From positions 1-64,000 of IMG/VR virus record IMGVR_UViG_3300009314_000007: a DNA stretch of 64,000 nt; one strand, 5' to 3'. The notes beneath the pieces were generated by a model that was given only the letters and a program-made list of their open reading frames with translations, did not search any database and was not told the DNA's origin. Source of the stretch: a virus. Shown in pieces: positions 27,971 through 37,893 of the stretch (position 1 is its first letter; the number at the start of each line of letters is the position of its first letter). A program made the position numbers and the translations under genes.

Positions 27971-29220
27971 GCTCCGATGAGTCGAGACCCAGTAACACCT
28001 GTCGGCTCCGCGGTGGTAACACCGTCCCGCGGTGGCGGCAATTTCTGGAGGAATGCGTAGGTCTTGGCGAGCTTTTCCGCGTCATCCTCAGTCACCCCGC
28101 GAGCCGTCGCGTCCTTTCGGAAGGGCGGCTGCCCGGCTTCAAGCATAAGCCGGTCCAGGGTCTGGGCATCGGGAACTGGCAGGGTGGAGGCCACCTCCGC
28201 CATCTTTTCCGGATCTATGCGAAGACCTGTTGTCACCGCCTGCGCGATTTCGCTACCTAGCACTTCGCGTACGGCGGTCGGCGACAGGGAACCGAACTGG
28301 TCTCGGTCGTAAATAGAGCCAGTCACCATGCAGCAGGCGTTCTTGACGAAGTCCTCGGCGGCCTTGAGTGTGCCTCCGAAGATCACGTCTTCGGGACGCG
28401 GGATCGCCTTGGCGTACTTGCCAACCACCCCGTGTTCACGGTCGAACTGGTCCACGGTGGTGCAGAGCTGAATGGAGCTGGGCAGATCCTCGGCCAGCAT
28501 CGGGTTCGTCTCGATCTCCGAGGCTAGCTTGAGCATGCCCTCGGCGACTGCGGGTTTGACCTTGTGTCCGACTTTCACGCGATCCCGGAGCATCTGGGCG
28601 ACCTTGCCGGGGTCGTACACACCTCGACCCGCGATCTTCTCCAGCATGTCCTCCAGGTCCTCTCCGACCCCGGCCCCGAATTGCGCGGCCTTGTCGAGGA
28701 TCTTCTGGGCGATCCGCTGCCGGTCTGCGTAGTAGAGCTGGTCTCGGTACTGGCCGAGCCAGTGTGCTGCGGCCTTGACCTCCATGGTGTTGCGAAGCGG
28801 GTATCGACGTTCTTTTTGTCCACCCCCGGCCATCACCCAGGCGAAGGCAGAGTCGGGAAGCCCCGCGGTGCTGTCTGCGTGCAGTGAGGCGTGTTTCTCC
28901 TTGAGCGCCACCACGTCGGGCCGGATGCCCCAGTGATCGGCGTACATGTCGAGGCGCTTGCCGATCCACCCGGCGATTTTCGGGTGGATCTCCGCACATT
29001 TCTCGATGAAAAACAGGCATGAGACCAGCGTAGCCGCCTTGGTGTGGCAAGGAAACTTGCGGGTCCGCACGTCGCCGTAGGCGTTGGAGGGCAGCCCTTG
29101 TGGGTTGCACACTTGCTCCGTGTCCGCGGTTTTGACATACTCTGGGAGAGGATAGAGCTTTGCGAACATGTGAAAGTCGCAGTGACTCTGGTCGTCAACC
29201 TGATCCAAAATGGTAGCCAT
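27967..29220 (-). CDS. Protein with two DUF6582-like helical repeats, possibly head-associated
   Basis: LPSNAYG..RKFP and LPDSAFA..RRYPL..KAAQFG repeats; gggag RBS before ATG 29220. Confidence 0.6.
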   Translation of the reverse strand: MATILDQVDDQSHCDFHMFAKLYPLPEYVKTADTEQVCNPQGLPSNAYGDVRTRKFPCHTKAATLVSCLFFIEKCAEIHPKIAGWIGKRLDMYADHWGIRPDVVALKEKHASLHADSTAGLPDSAFAWVMAGGGQKERRYPLRNTMEVKAAAHWLGQYRDQLYYADRQRIAQKILDKAAQFGAGVGEDLEDMLEKIAGRGVYDPGKVAQMLRDRVKVGHKVKPAVAEGMLKLASEIETNPMLAEDLPSSIQLCTTVDQFDREHGVVGKYAKAIPRPEDVIFGGTLKAAEDFVKNACCMVTGSIYDRDQFGSLSPTAVREVLGSEIAQAVTTGLRIDPEKMAEVASTLPVPDAQTLDRLMLEAGQPPFRKDATARGVTEDDAEKLAKTYAFLQKLPPPRDGVTTAEPTGVTGSRLIGA

Positions 29221-31966
29221 GGCACTCCCTCGCTGTACTGTGAATGCGTCCTTACAATGGAACCAAGTTTTCAAGACGCTTGGAATCCGTTACTCCGCCG
29301 ATATTCTCCCTGCGCGGGCCGCGTGCCCTTTCTGTCGTCAGAATCGAATGTTGGTATTCGAGGATCATGTCAGCAAGGGCCAGTGGTTTTCCTGTCAACA
29401 CTGTTTGCAATCGGGCGACATAGTGCAACTGGTGGCGAGGCACTGGGAGCTTTCGGAGGAATCGGCCATCGTCAAGTTGTCGAAGATGGGTTTCTCCATC
29501 GACCCTGCCGAAAGCAATCTCCAGCGGTATCACGCTGTCACCAGTCGCTGTAACCGTTTTGCCGAGTTCTGGCAGCAGGTCCGTCAGAACCTCATTCATG
29601 GTAGCACATCCGCGATCAGTCTGGTACACGACCTGAAATTAGCGTGCGGCGTCTCGCAAGATCGGTGGAATCGGGGCCTCGGGCAACTTCTGGGCGGGGT
29701 CTCGCATAAAGAGGCAGAACAGGCCTACCATCCGCATTCCGAGAACCAGACCCGCAATTCCTCTGAACACCGGCTTTTCCGGGGAGGGAAATGGGGCGAC
29801 GTGCTCGTTTTTCCGTACTGGCAGTTGCCGGGAAAGCTCTCGGGGTTTCTATTTGTGGGTCGGGAGGGGGACCCGGAGAAAGACTTCGTATTTCGAGCCA
29901 TTCACCACAACGGATCGTCGGCCTCGTCGTCGTTCGGCAACGAGGCCGGGCTGCTTCTGCACCCCCAGGTCCCGCAAGTCGCGGTCAGCTACGGCAACCA
30001 TGTGGTGGCTATCGACGACCCGGTGCTGTCCATTCGGATGCAGGCCCGGAACTTCGAGGCGTCCGGCTGGCCGTTGCCCCTGGTGTGCTGCCATGCGGAA
30101 GACAATCGCCGGGAGCGAGCGCAGACGCTGCATGGCTGGAAGCAGTTCATGGGCATTCGCCCGGTGATCTGGATGCCGCGCTACGACCGCACGCTTGTCG
30201 AGCAGGCGATTGTCGCTGGAGCCAGGATCTCTCTCATGCGGCCCGAAGACACGTCCGACGCGGGTCTCTGGCGGTACATCACCAACTACCCGCCGCAAGA
30301 GCTGCTTCGCCGGATCATTCGGCACTCCAAGCCCTGGCCACAGGCCATGACACAACTGGTCCAGGAGCTGGACGATGGGGCTATTGAAGACCTGTTCTAC
30401 TATTTGGAGATGGATAAGCTGGAGCCCGCTCGCGTGCTAGAGCGCTGCGATCCAAAAGTCCGCAAGCACTTTCGGACCTTGTCGGCCAGCAGGCCCGTTC
30501 GTCGCGTTGTCCCTCTTTCCCCGACAGTGCTCGTTGCCGAGATCGACGACTCCTGGTTCCTGGAGGCCCGCCAAGGGCACTCGCCACTCGTGTCGGATGC
30601 GATCATCCGAATCCGCGATACCATTCATCAGAAGACGACGGGCTACACGTACTATCGTGGCGAGATCCTGCATCAGGGCAAGGCTTTCGAGTTCTGCGAA
30701 TCGAAAGAGGCGCTAAAGAAGGACACCTGGAACTGGCTGGAGGACTTCCTGGACGCGAGGGGGCATGTCCTACGAGGAAACTCCCGGCATAGCAAGGACC
30801 TGATCGACATTGCGATCCAGCTCCACTGCCCTGAGCACAGCTACGGCGTGGACTCGGTAGGCTGGGATCTCCGCAACAGTCGATTGCTGCTTCCAAACTA
30901 CTATCTTACAGCGGGCGGCGATGTTCATTCGTACGACGCACAGATACCGACGCCCGACACGCCCGGCCGGAACTTGCTCCGCCCCTGCGATTTGTCCCCT
31001 GCGGAACTGGATGCTACCGCGGAAGATCCAGACATGGCGGGCCCCTTGTGGGCTTGTTTCATTGCCGCCATGGCCAACATCGTGGCTCCTGCGTATCGAC
31101 AACCCACCTCGGGCATAGGTCTGGTGGGCGCCGGGGCGGAGCTGGCCGGGCAGGGTATCGCGGATGCTATGGGCTGCACGAACTACCAGTTCTCCGGTCG
31201 GTATGGAAAAGACCAGGCGACCGAAGCCGAGCGTCGGCACGGCTGGCCCATCTTCGTGCAGTTGCCCACGGCTTCGATTCATAAGAAGGCCATGAACGAG
31301 TGGTTGAATATCGGCGGGACGCATCGCCACAACTGCTTGGTGTCGCTCCCCTGGTTCGTGTCCCGAGCGAAGATCCTTTTTGGTGGTTGGCATATCGTTC
31401 GGGCAGATCAGCCGATTATCTTCTCGGAGACGACCGTTGATGCGTTCAGCAAGCTCACGTCTGCGTACCTGGCCGATCTGGCCAAGCGTCACTTCAAGTT
31501 GTCGCACTGGGGGTCCGGCAGGAATCCGCCCTGGCTGATCTCCGTGGCGAAAGACATTCGCCAGTTTGTTGAACCGCAACTGCCGGGCTGGTTGGATACG
31601 GTTTCTCCCAAACAATGGATCGCTCACGAGACCCGCAAGGTGACAGCGGACCCGCTGGGCTCCATGCTGGGTCATCTGGCTTCTGAGGGCAAACTCTTGG
31701 TTGGGTCCGCCCGCAGCGACGTGCGGCGACCCTCGCTGCTGCCGCTGGATGAGGGGATGTTGTTGGACAAGCTCGATCTACTCAAGCTGCTCGATAAGGA
31801 GAAGGTGACTCTCATCAATCCCGCGAGAATCACGTCGGCCCTGGCTAACTCCGGCGCATTGGTGGGCGTTCACGACCGGGGTTGGATCTTGCAGCCCGCG
31901 TGGTGGGACAAGCAGCTCGCGAAGTTCACAGCCAGGGAGCAGCACCGGTTGAAGATTGTTCGTTAG
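29219..31966 (+). CDS. Large primase/helicase-like protein with N-terminal zinc finger, apparently degenerate
   Basis: CPFC...CQHC..GDIVQLV resembles primase Zn finger; no intact TOPRIM acidic motif or Walker A seen; start uncertain. Confidence 0.5.
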   Translation: MALPRCTVNASLQWNQVFKTLGIRYSADILPARAACPFCRQNRMLVFEDHVSKGQWFSCQHCLQSGDIVQLVARHWELSEESAIVKLSKMGFSIDPAESNLQRYHAVTSRCNRFAEFWQQVRQNLIHGSTSAISLVHDLKLACGVSQDRWNRGLGQLLGGVSHKEAEQAYHPHSENQTRNSSEHRLFRGGKWGDVLVFPYWQLPGKLSGFLFVGREGDPEKDFVFRAIHHNGSSASSSFGNEAGLLLHPQVPQVAVSYGNHVVAIDDPVLSIRMQARNFEASGWPLPLVCCHAEDNRRERAQTLHGWKQFMGIRPVIWMPRYDRTLVEQAIVAGARISLMRPEDTSDAGLWRYITNYPPQELLRRIIRHSKPWPQAMTQLVQELDDGAIEDLFYYLEMDKLEPARVLERCDPKVRKHFRTLSASRPVRRVVPLSPTVLVAEIDDSWFLEARQGHSPLVSDAIIRIRDTIHQKTTGYTYYRGEILHQGKAFEFCESKEALKKDTWNWLEDFLDARGHVLRGNSRHSKDLIDIAIQLHCPEHSYGVDSVGWDLRNSRLLLPNYYLTAGGDVHSYDAQIPTPDTPGRNLLRPCDLSPAELDATAEDPDMAGPLWACFIAAMANIVAPAYRQPTSGIGLVGAGAELAGQGIADAMGCTNYQFSGRYGKDQATEAERRHGWPIFVQLPTASIHKKAMNEWLNIGGTHRHNCLVSLPWFVSRAKILFGGWHIVRADQPIIFSETTVDAFSKLTSAYLADLAKRHFKLSHWGSGRNPPWLISVAKDIRQFVEPQLPGWLDTVSPKQWIAHETRKVTADPLGSMLGHLASEGKLLVGSARSDVRRPSLLPLDEGMLLDKLDLLKLLDKEKVTLINPARITSALANSGALVGVHDRGWILQPAWWDKQLAKFTAREQHRLKIVR

Positions 31967-33858
31967 CCCCAGGCATCCCAGTTGATTTCGGAGGGGTTGA
32001 GCATTCGCAGGATCTCCGGATGCAGTGCGAGCCTCGCTAACTCCGCCATATTCGGCCAGTGGTCAACTCGCCAGAACAGGGCGCAGGCCCCCATGTTGAC
32101 CGAGTGAGCGAAGTCGTCCGGGCCTGCTTGTTCGTCGCGAATGATCGTGTACACGTCGGAGCCAAGCCGACTGTCCACCATGTCCTCGGTGAGGGACAGG
32201 AAGTCGGAGATGATCGGCGCATCCGTGGCTCCGTCCCAACGGAAGAACTTGATTTTGCCGTAACGAATCAGGTTGCAGCACTGTACCAGGCTTCGAGCCT
32301 TATCAAGCTGGTAGTGCATTCGCTCGCCCGTTCTCGGGTTGTAGTTTTTTCGACGCATGAGTGGGCCGTGGCCAGCTCGCAGGTAGACCATTGGGATGAC
32401 CCGCCGCGAGGGGTAACCGGCGTTGACGATAATGGTCTCTCGGGCATCCCCGGCTCCGTTGTAGTCGTGGACCAGGTGCGTGCAGTGCCAGGCGGCCATG
32501 ATGCGGAAGATCTCGCGGCACTCGGCGTTGTGATCGTGTGGCGTGCGACTCCTCCAGGCGTAGAGCACGTCGATGTCCCCGTTGGCTTTCATGCCCAGTA
32601 CGGACGCGACGGTGAACGAGGTCTCTTTCTGTCCACCGCCACCCCAGTCCACAGAGACCATACGGTGAATGTAGTCGCCGATGTGTCCGGCGGCGTAGCT
32701 CAGGTCGTTCGGACGATCAGCACAGGCTCGCTTCAATTCGGTTTGCGTGATCAGCCGAGCGCCTTCATCGTAGCTTTCTCCGCACACCTCGTTCCAGTAC
32801 GCTGCATCGGTGATCAAGCCGAAGCCCGCTCGCTTGCCAAGCAACACGCCCCATTTTTCGGGGTCGGCGTAGTGCATCGGCATGATCTGCTGAGGCACGT
32901 GGTAGCCCTCGGCGATATTCAGCAACTCTTCGTTGTGATGAAACCAGCGCCCGTCTCTCGGGTAAATCGGCTTGCCGCAGCGAGGCCTGGCGCACACCAG
33001 GGCAGGGTGGGCTTCCGAGATCTCGCGGTCCACGTGGTCCGGACCCGTCATCCGCGTGAGATCATGTTCGAGCGATGGAATGTTTTCGTAACCACACGCC
33101 CGGCAGAAAATGTGCCACTCGGCTTGGGAGGAATCCAGCCAGAGCTTTTCCAGCGTTCCATTCAGCGTCTTCGGGGTTCCAGTATGCTGCTCGATCCCGC
33201 CGTACTTCGAGCCGGACATTGTCTCGTTGATAATCGGGATGAAGGATGGGTCGAGATCCTGCACTTCGTCGAATGAGTTCTTGGACGTGTTTAATCCACG
33301 AGTACGGTCGCAGTTCTGGAACGCGAACGAGAAAAACATCTTCGACTCGTTCTTGAAGCCGCGCTGCAACACGTTCTGCGTGGTGTGGCTGTCCACCATG
33401 AGTCGCTTGATTGGCGACTCACGAATGAAGCCAGCCACGTAGTTCGAGGAGAACCGGCGAATCATTTCAAACAGCGGGGTCACGTACAACGTGTTGAAGT
33501 ACGGGATGCAGTTGCTGCTGATAATTCCCTGGGTGGCCAGCGACGTGGACTTGGATACCTGCCGAGCGCATTTGAGCACTATCCGGTGGATCATTCGAGT
33601 CTTGAAGAAGGGCTCGAACGGAAAGTGATCGTCGAGCGTGTACGGCTCCCCGTTCAGATTGAGCATGATTGGGAGCAGGTATTTGAGGTTCGGGAGCCTG
33701 CCGTCCTGGATGGCCCAGGCGGCTGCTTTCAAGTGGTCCTCTATGTCGAGTTTCAGCTTCCGCTGCTGGGCGATTCTGGTCTCGACCGAATCCCGGTGGC
33801 TGGAGTGGCTGCCCTTTGTGAAGACGCCCGTGTGACTCTTCCGAATTGCTATGGACAT
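31963..33858 (-). CDS. terL: Terminase large subunit (GpA-like)
   Basis: KCARQVSKST Walker A region, FDEVQD Walker B, GTPKT coupling motif, CRAC/CGKP Zn motif, VSVDWG and DDFAHS nuclease motifs. Confidence 0.9.
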   Translation of the reverse strand: MSIAIRKSHTGVFTKGSHSSHRDSVETRIAQQRKLKLDIEDHLKAAAWAIQDGRLPNLKYLLPIMLNLNGEPYTLDDHFPFEPFFKTRMIHRIVLKCARQVSKSTSLATQGIISSNCIPYFNTLYVTPLFEMIRRFSSNYVAGFIRESPIKRLMVDSHTTQNVLQRGFKNESKMFFSFAFQNCDRTRGLNTSKNSFDEVQDLDPSFIPIINETMSGSKYGGIEQHTGTPKTLNGTLEKLWLDSSQAEWHIFCRACGYENIPSLEHDLTRMTGPDHVDREISEAHPALVCARPRCGKPIYPRDGRWFHHNEELLNIAEGYHVPQQIMPMHYADPEKWGVLLGKRAGFGLITDAAYWNEVCGESYDEGARLITQTELKRACADRPNDLSYAAGHIGDYIHRMVSVDWGGGGQKETSFTVASVLGMKANGDIDVLYAWRSRTPHDHNAECREIFRIMAAWHCTHLVHDYNGAGDARETIIVNAGYPSRRVIPMVYLRAGHGPLMRRKNYNPRTGERMHYQLDKARSLVQCCNLIRYGKIKFFRWDGATDAPIISDFLSLTEDMVDSRLGSDVYTIIRDEQAGPDDFAHSVNMGACALFWRVDHWPNMAELARLALHPEILRMLNPSEINWDAWG

Positions 33859-33966
33859 GTTCGATCCTCCATGACAGGTTGGAACCAGCTACTCAATGGA
33901 GTATGATGCTGGAAGGATTCAGTATCGGGTTGCAACGATTGCATTAGTAGTGTAGAGGAAGTTACG

Positions 33967-34215
33967 ATGACGCTCAAGGTCGCGGGCAGTGCCAAGGTCT
34001 TTTTGGAGCGACTCGGGATCTTGCGGGCCAACCGCAATCCCGAGCCGCGTATCCAACCCGGGCATTTCCGGGTCCACGAGATCCCACTGACCCCGCCGCT
34101 TCCGCTACCGGAGTTACAGGGGCACTTCAGCGGGGAACCGCCGCCGGACCAGGGACAGACCCTGCACTGGCCGCATCCCGACCTGGAACGTGCCGCTGAA
34201 GAAGCAGGAGTGTAG
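33967..34215 (+). CDS. Hypothetical protein
   Basis: gagga RBS; divergent from terL. Confidence 0.55.
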   Translation: MTLKVAGSAKVFLERLGILRANRNPEPRIQPGHFRVHEIPLTPPLPLPELQGHFSGEPPPDQGQTLHWPHPDLERAAEEAGV

Positions 34216-34217
34216 CG

Positions 34218-34448
34218 ATGTCAAGTTTTGGATCTGGAGGTTTGTGGGTGGCAATCGCGGTGGGTCACGTCATCGCAGTACCCTTTGTCGGCTTTTGGAC
34301 GGCCGCGTGTTCAGCAGCTCTTGTCTGCATCATTGGCGGGCTGGCTTTGACCGGCGCCAACGACATGTATCACTCGGACGGAACTCGCCGACCGCACCAC
34401 CCCACGAGAAATCCGCATGGACCGAGGAACCATAGACGGAGACGATGA
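34218..34448 (+). CDS. Small membrane protein
   Basis: aggag RBS, two hydrophobic segments. Confidence 0.6.
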   Translation: MSSFGSGGLWVAIAVGHVIAVPFVGFWTAACSAALVCIIGGLALTGANDMYHSDGTRRPHHPTRNPHGPRNHRRRR

Positions 34449-34864
34449 TGGATAGCACTATCGGACTTTCCACTATCGTGATTCTCGGCCTGGCGGTAAG
34501 CCAAGTCGTCGAGGTGATGCGTCACTCGAAGTTGACGCTATCGTTTCGTACACGGGCCCTGAGCGCCGTCTCAGGAGGCGGGCTTCGTGGCTTCGTCGCC
34601 CAGATTCTGACTTGCCCGTTCTGCTTGGCCCACTGGGTTGCCGGTGGGCTCACCCTGCTGCTATTCGTGTCGATGTGGGCATTCTGGCCTGCTCAATTTC
34701 TGGCTGTCGTGTTCGCTGCGACTCGCGTAGCGAATCTAAGCAACGATATTTTCTACAACAGCATTCGCACATTCAAATACGAAATCGAGGAAGTGGAGGA
34801 TCTGGAAGATAATGACGGAGACCCCGACGAACCCAACGAACCCGGCGAGGGCACTTCAGTTTGA
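34445..34864 (+). CDS. DUF1360-like membrane protein
   Basis: LTCPFCLAHW motif between hydrophobic helices. Confidence 0.65.
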   Translation: MMDSTIGLSTIVILGLAVSQVVEVMRHSKLTLSFRTRALSAVSGGGLRGFVAQILTCPFCLAHWVAGGLTLLLFVSMWAFWPAQFLAVVFAATRVANLSNDIFYNSIRTFKYEIEEVEDLEDNDGDPDEPNEPGEGTSV

Positions 34865-35351
34865 CGAAAAAGCAATAACGTTAGTGGAAGATCTGCTCAA
34901 ACAGGTCTTTTCTCGGATTCCGGAGTTGCGGAGCGCCATTGTCATCTTCGATTGGCAGGGATCGCTCAACGAAGTGGCCAAACCAATGGTTTGGGTCAAA
35001 GAGAGCGGCAAGTCCGTTCAATCTGCGGACCTGGCGGAACTGAGTGGTGGCACCAAGCACACCCTCGCACTGCTTGATAGGCAGTTCCACGCCCTGGACC
35101 AAAACGCCAAAGCAGCTTGGGTCATTGCGGAAAGGAAACATCGTGAAGCGTCCGAAGCTAGTGCCCAGGCCTCGCCGCCCAGTACCGGCGAGCGAGGATC
35201 AGTGTTCCCAGGAGGACAGCGAGAGGGAAGCGGAAGCGATGCAGCTTCAGACCCTCAAGCAGCGGAAGAGTGCGAAGAACAAGCGACTCAAGGAGGCGCT
35301 GGAAGGAGTTCGGACGATTCCGGATCTGCTTCGACTGTTCAGGATTCGTGA
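34812..35351 (+). CDS. Hypothetical protein
   Basis: 179 aa ORF in operon; contains palindrome copy at 34873. Confidence 0.65.
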   Translation: MTETPTNPTNPARALQFDEKAITLVEDLLKQVFSRIPELRSAIVIFDWQGSLNEVAKPMVWVKESGKSVQSADLAELSGGTKHTLALLDRQFHALDQNAKAAWVIAERKHREASEASAQASPPSTGERGSVFPGGQREGSGSDAASDPQAAEECEEQATQGGAGRSSDDSGSASTVQDS

Positions 35352-35856
35352 GTGCGACTACGTGCTCATTGGAGACGGTTCTTGCACGGGCAACTGGAAT
35401 TACCAGGCAGGCTGGGCCTGCGTGGCAATCAACGTGCAGAACAATGAGCGACAGGAGGTCTATGGGGGTGCTAACATGGGCACCAACATCCTGTCGGAGA
35501 TGATGGCCTACATCTACGCATTTCACTGGCTGTCCCGCAAGAAGGAAAGCTCGACGATGTACGTAGACGTGTTCACAGATTGTGAATACGTAGTGCAGGC
35601 GGCGGAAAACTCGCATCGGCGAAAAGCCTACCGCGAAGTCTGGCACATGGTTGATGCCTACAAGCGAAGTGGCATGATCATTCGGTGGCACTGGATTCCA
35701 CGAGACACGCTCGATCTGAATCAGCTCTCGCACAACCTGGCCAATCTCGCCCGGGTGGCGATGAAGGAGCTGGGGGCGCAAGCAATATCGAGCATGGACG
35801 TGGAGTCGATCAACGATCTTACACCCAACCGTAACGAGGAGGTCGAAACACAATGA
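35143..35856 (+). CDS. Ribonuclease HI-like protein
   Basis: IGDGS, TNILSEMMA, FTDCEYV, WIPR...N..SHNLA follow the RNase HI motif order. Confidence 0.8.
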   Translation: MKRPKLVPRPRRPVPASEDQCSQEDSEREAEAMQLQTLKQRKSAKNKRLKEALEGVRTIPDLLRLFRIRECDYVLIGDGSCTGNWNYQAGWACVAINVQNNERQEVYGGANMGTNILSEMMAYIYAFHWLSRKKESSTMYVDVFTDCEYVVQAAENSHRRKAYREVWHMVDAYKRSGMIIRWHWIPRDTLDLNQLSHNLANLARVAMKELGAQAISSMDVESINDLTPNRNEEVETQ

Positions 35857-36056
35857 GCGCGCAGCCCCCGCAAGTCATGCGGCCGTTGACCGCCGAGGAG
35901 ATCCAGCGGCTACAGCAAGACCCGTGCCTATTGGCAAAGCGATCGCGCCCGGTCAACCCGAAGTACCCGGAACTGTGGAGAGGGTTGGTGGACTTCCGAG
36001 CCGGGGGTCAAGCTCCCGAACGCGATAACCCAGATCCAGATCCAGAGCAGGAGTGA
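35853..36056 (+). CDS. Hypothetical protein
   Basis: ATGA coupling. Confidence 0.55.
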   Translation: MSAQPPQVMRPLTAEEIQRLQQDPCLLAKRSRPVNPKYPELWRGLVDFRAGGQAPERDNPDPDPEQE

Positions 36057-36059
36057 TCA

Positions 36060-36317
36060 ATGCCACGCGCCCTATGTAAAGTTGACGGATGTTTGGTCAT
36101 CGCAGAGTTCACTCGCTGCGAGCCAGGAACAACGGGCAAGTGTCCGCAGTGCCACCCGCCGCACAGGATGCCGCGACGTGGTGACCACGGTAAGTCACTC
36201 GTCGAGCGAGATGGCTGGCTCGAATGCACGACTGACGAGTGCGATTTTGCAATTCTCGCCTCGGACTACGAGCGGGTGATGATCGAACCGCTGCCATTTA
36301 TCGGCATGGGAATCTAG
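36060..36317 (+). CDS. Small Cys-rich protein
   Basis: aggag RBS; CPQC and C...C pairs. Confidence 0.6.
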   Translation: MPRALCKVDGCLVIAEFTRCEPGTTGKCPQCHPPHRMPRRGDHGKSLVERDGWLECTTDECDFAILASDYERVMIEPLPFIGMGI

Positions 36318-36343
36318 TGGATAACTCGAACCAGGAATGAAGT

Positions 36344-36910
36344 ATGAGCGACCTAACCCGCTGGACGCAGCGCAAACACGAGAAGACCGGCGACTCGTAC
36401 ATGACGCCGGAAGAGCATGGTTGCTGGACGAATTACAGCGAGGCCGACGAAAAGATCGAGCGGCTCAAAGAAGCCCTACGAGTACGTGGTGGCTGCCGAA
36501 TGCTCAGCGAGGGCGACAAGTGCGATTGCGGTCTCTGCAAGCGAGACAACGAGATTGCTCGGCTTCAGGAGATCGAGCGGTTCGCCAGTCACGCGGGCAT
36601 TCTCAAGGCCCAGGAAGACCATAATCGGATGATGAGCGAGATGGCAGCCAAGATTGAGCGTCTGGAGGCCGATATTGCCAAGCATCACGAAGACTACCAG
36701 ACACAGAACGATGAGATAGTCCGGTGTCACGCTAAGATCAAGCTGCTCACTCTTGCCGAGGCCTGTGCGAAGGCAGCTATCGAGTGCGTTCAAGTCACTG
36801 GCGTGCCGTACGCCATCCTGAGACCGGCACTTCGCTGGGAAGAAGTCGCAGAGAAAACCGATGAGGAGATCGCGCAAGGGCTGAACGAGCGTAGCCAAAG
36901 CGACACTTAA
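36344..36910 (+). CDS. Coiled-coil hypothetical protein
   Basis: Repeated (K/E)I(E/A)RL segments typical of phage accessory proteins. Confidence 0.7.
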   Translation: MSDLTRWTQRKHEKTGDSYMTPEEHGCWTNYSEADEKIERLKEALRVRGGCRMLSEGDKCDCGLCKRDNEIARLQEIERFASHAGILKAQEDHNRMMSEMAAKIERLEADIAKHHEDYQTQNDEIVRCHAKIKLLTLAEACAKAAIECVQVTGVPYAILRPALRWEEVAEKTDEEIAQGLNERSQSDT

Positions 36911-36931
36911 CATCTAACCATAACGAGGAAC

Positions 36932-37345
36932 ATGGCTAAAAGGAGACCCGGTCGGCAAGCCCGATCAAACTTGGCGCAACCGAGATTCTTCTCTGTGATT
37001 ACTCCCGCAGAGGCTCGGCAGATTATTGAGCACCGTACCCAGGCATTCTATTTCGGGGATGGGCTGGTGGACCCCAACGAGAACAACGGGGCCGATCTCG
37101 CGAGGCTCACGGGTACGAAGTGGATTCGACGGGCCATGGCGATTGCAGCGTCCTTAGACCACGAGGACAGCCAGGACCAGTGGAAGGGCGGACTGCTGTC
37201 CACTGCGCTGGACAAGGCGATGAATTGGTGGCGATATAGGAAGAAAGCCAGGTGGGGCCTGAAGGTGCCAGTGATCTACAAGATCAATGACCGGGCGATG
37301 GGACTCCAGCTTGCCTGGGCCCGAGCACGCGGAGCGGACGTATGA
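36932..37345 (+). CDS. Hypothetical protein
   Basis: gagga RBS. Confidence 0.65.
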   Translation: MAKRRPGRQARSNLAQPRFFSVITPAEARQIIEHRTQAFYFGDGLVDPNENNGADLARLTGTKWIRRAMAIAASLDHEDSQDQWKGGLLSTALDKAMNWWRYRKKARWGLKVPVIYKINDRAMGLQLAWARARGADV

Positions 37346-37893
37346 GCGGGCAGCCCGAGCATGACCACGTCAGTGTGTCCTTCGGAGCGAGAAACGTGCC
37401 ATACGCCAACTGGTACTACATCAGTTTGACGTTTATCGACGCGAACGGGAACAGATCCGCCACGGCCCTGCACGCCAACTCGTCGGTCGGGGCCCGGGCG
37501 GAGATCGGGGTGAAGAAGATCGGAAAGAAAGTGGGGTTCGGGAAGCACACGGAAGAGACCGTGATTGGCTTCGAGGTTGTCGGTCCCACGTTCCGCAAAC
37601 ACCCGGACGGGATTGTAGTGAGAATCAAGCAGGACGCGGAAGCTCTACTGCGACGGCAGATCTTCGACGGGCAGCCTCCAACTCGGGGGCTTAGCCGCGA
37701 GGAGCAGCAATGCTGCGAGTTCTTTCGGCAGCGTGCTGGAAGGTCGTTCGACGTGATGCGAAACGAAGACGTGCCGCAGATGAGCACGTTACAATTCTGG
37801 AACACCATGCCCACCGATGACGCCTCGGCCGGGTTCTTCCTGCCGCGAGGTTTGTGCGAAGTGGTAGAAACACAGAAACAGGAGGCCGTATGA
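37342..37893 (+). CDS. Hypothetical protein
   Basis: ATGA coupling. Confidence 0.65.
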   Translation: MSGQPEHDHVSVSFGARNVPYANWYYISLTFIDANGNRSATALHANSSVGARAEIGVKKIGKKVGFGKHTEETVIGFEVVGPTFRKHPDGIVVRIKQDAEALLRRQIFDGQPPTRGLSREEQQCCEFFRQRAGRSFDVMRNEDVPQMSTLQFWNTMPTDDASAGFFLPRGLCEVVETQKQEAV

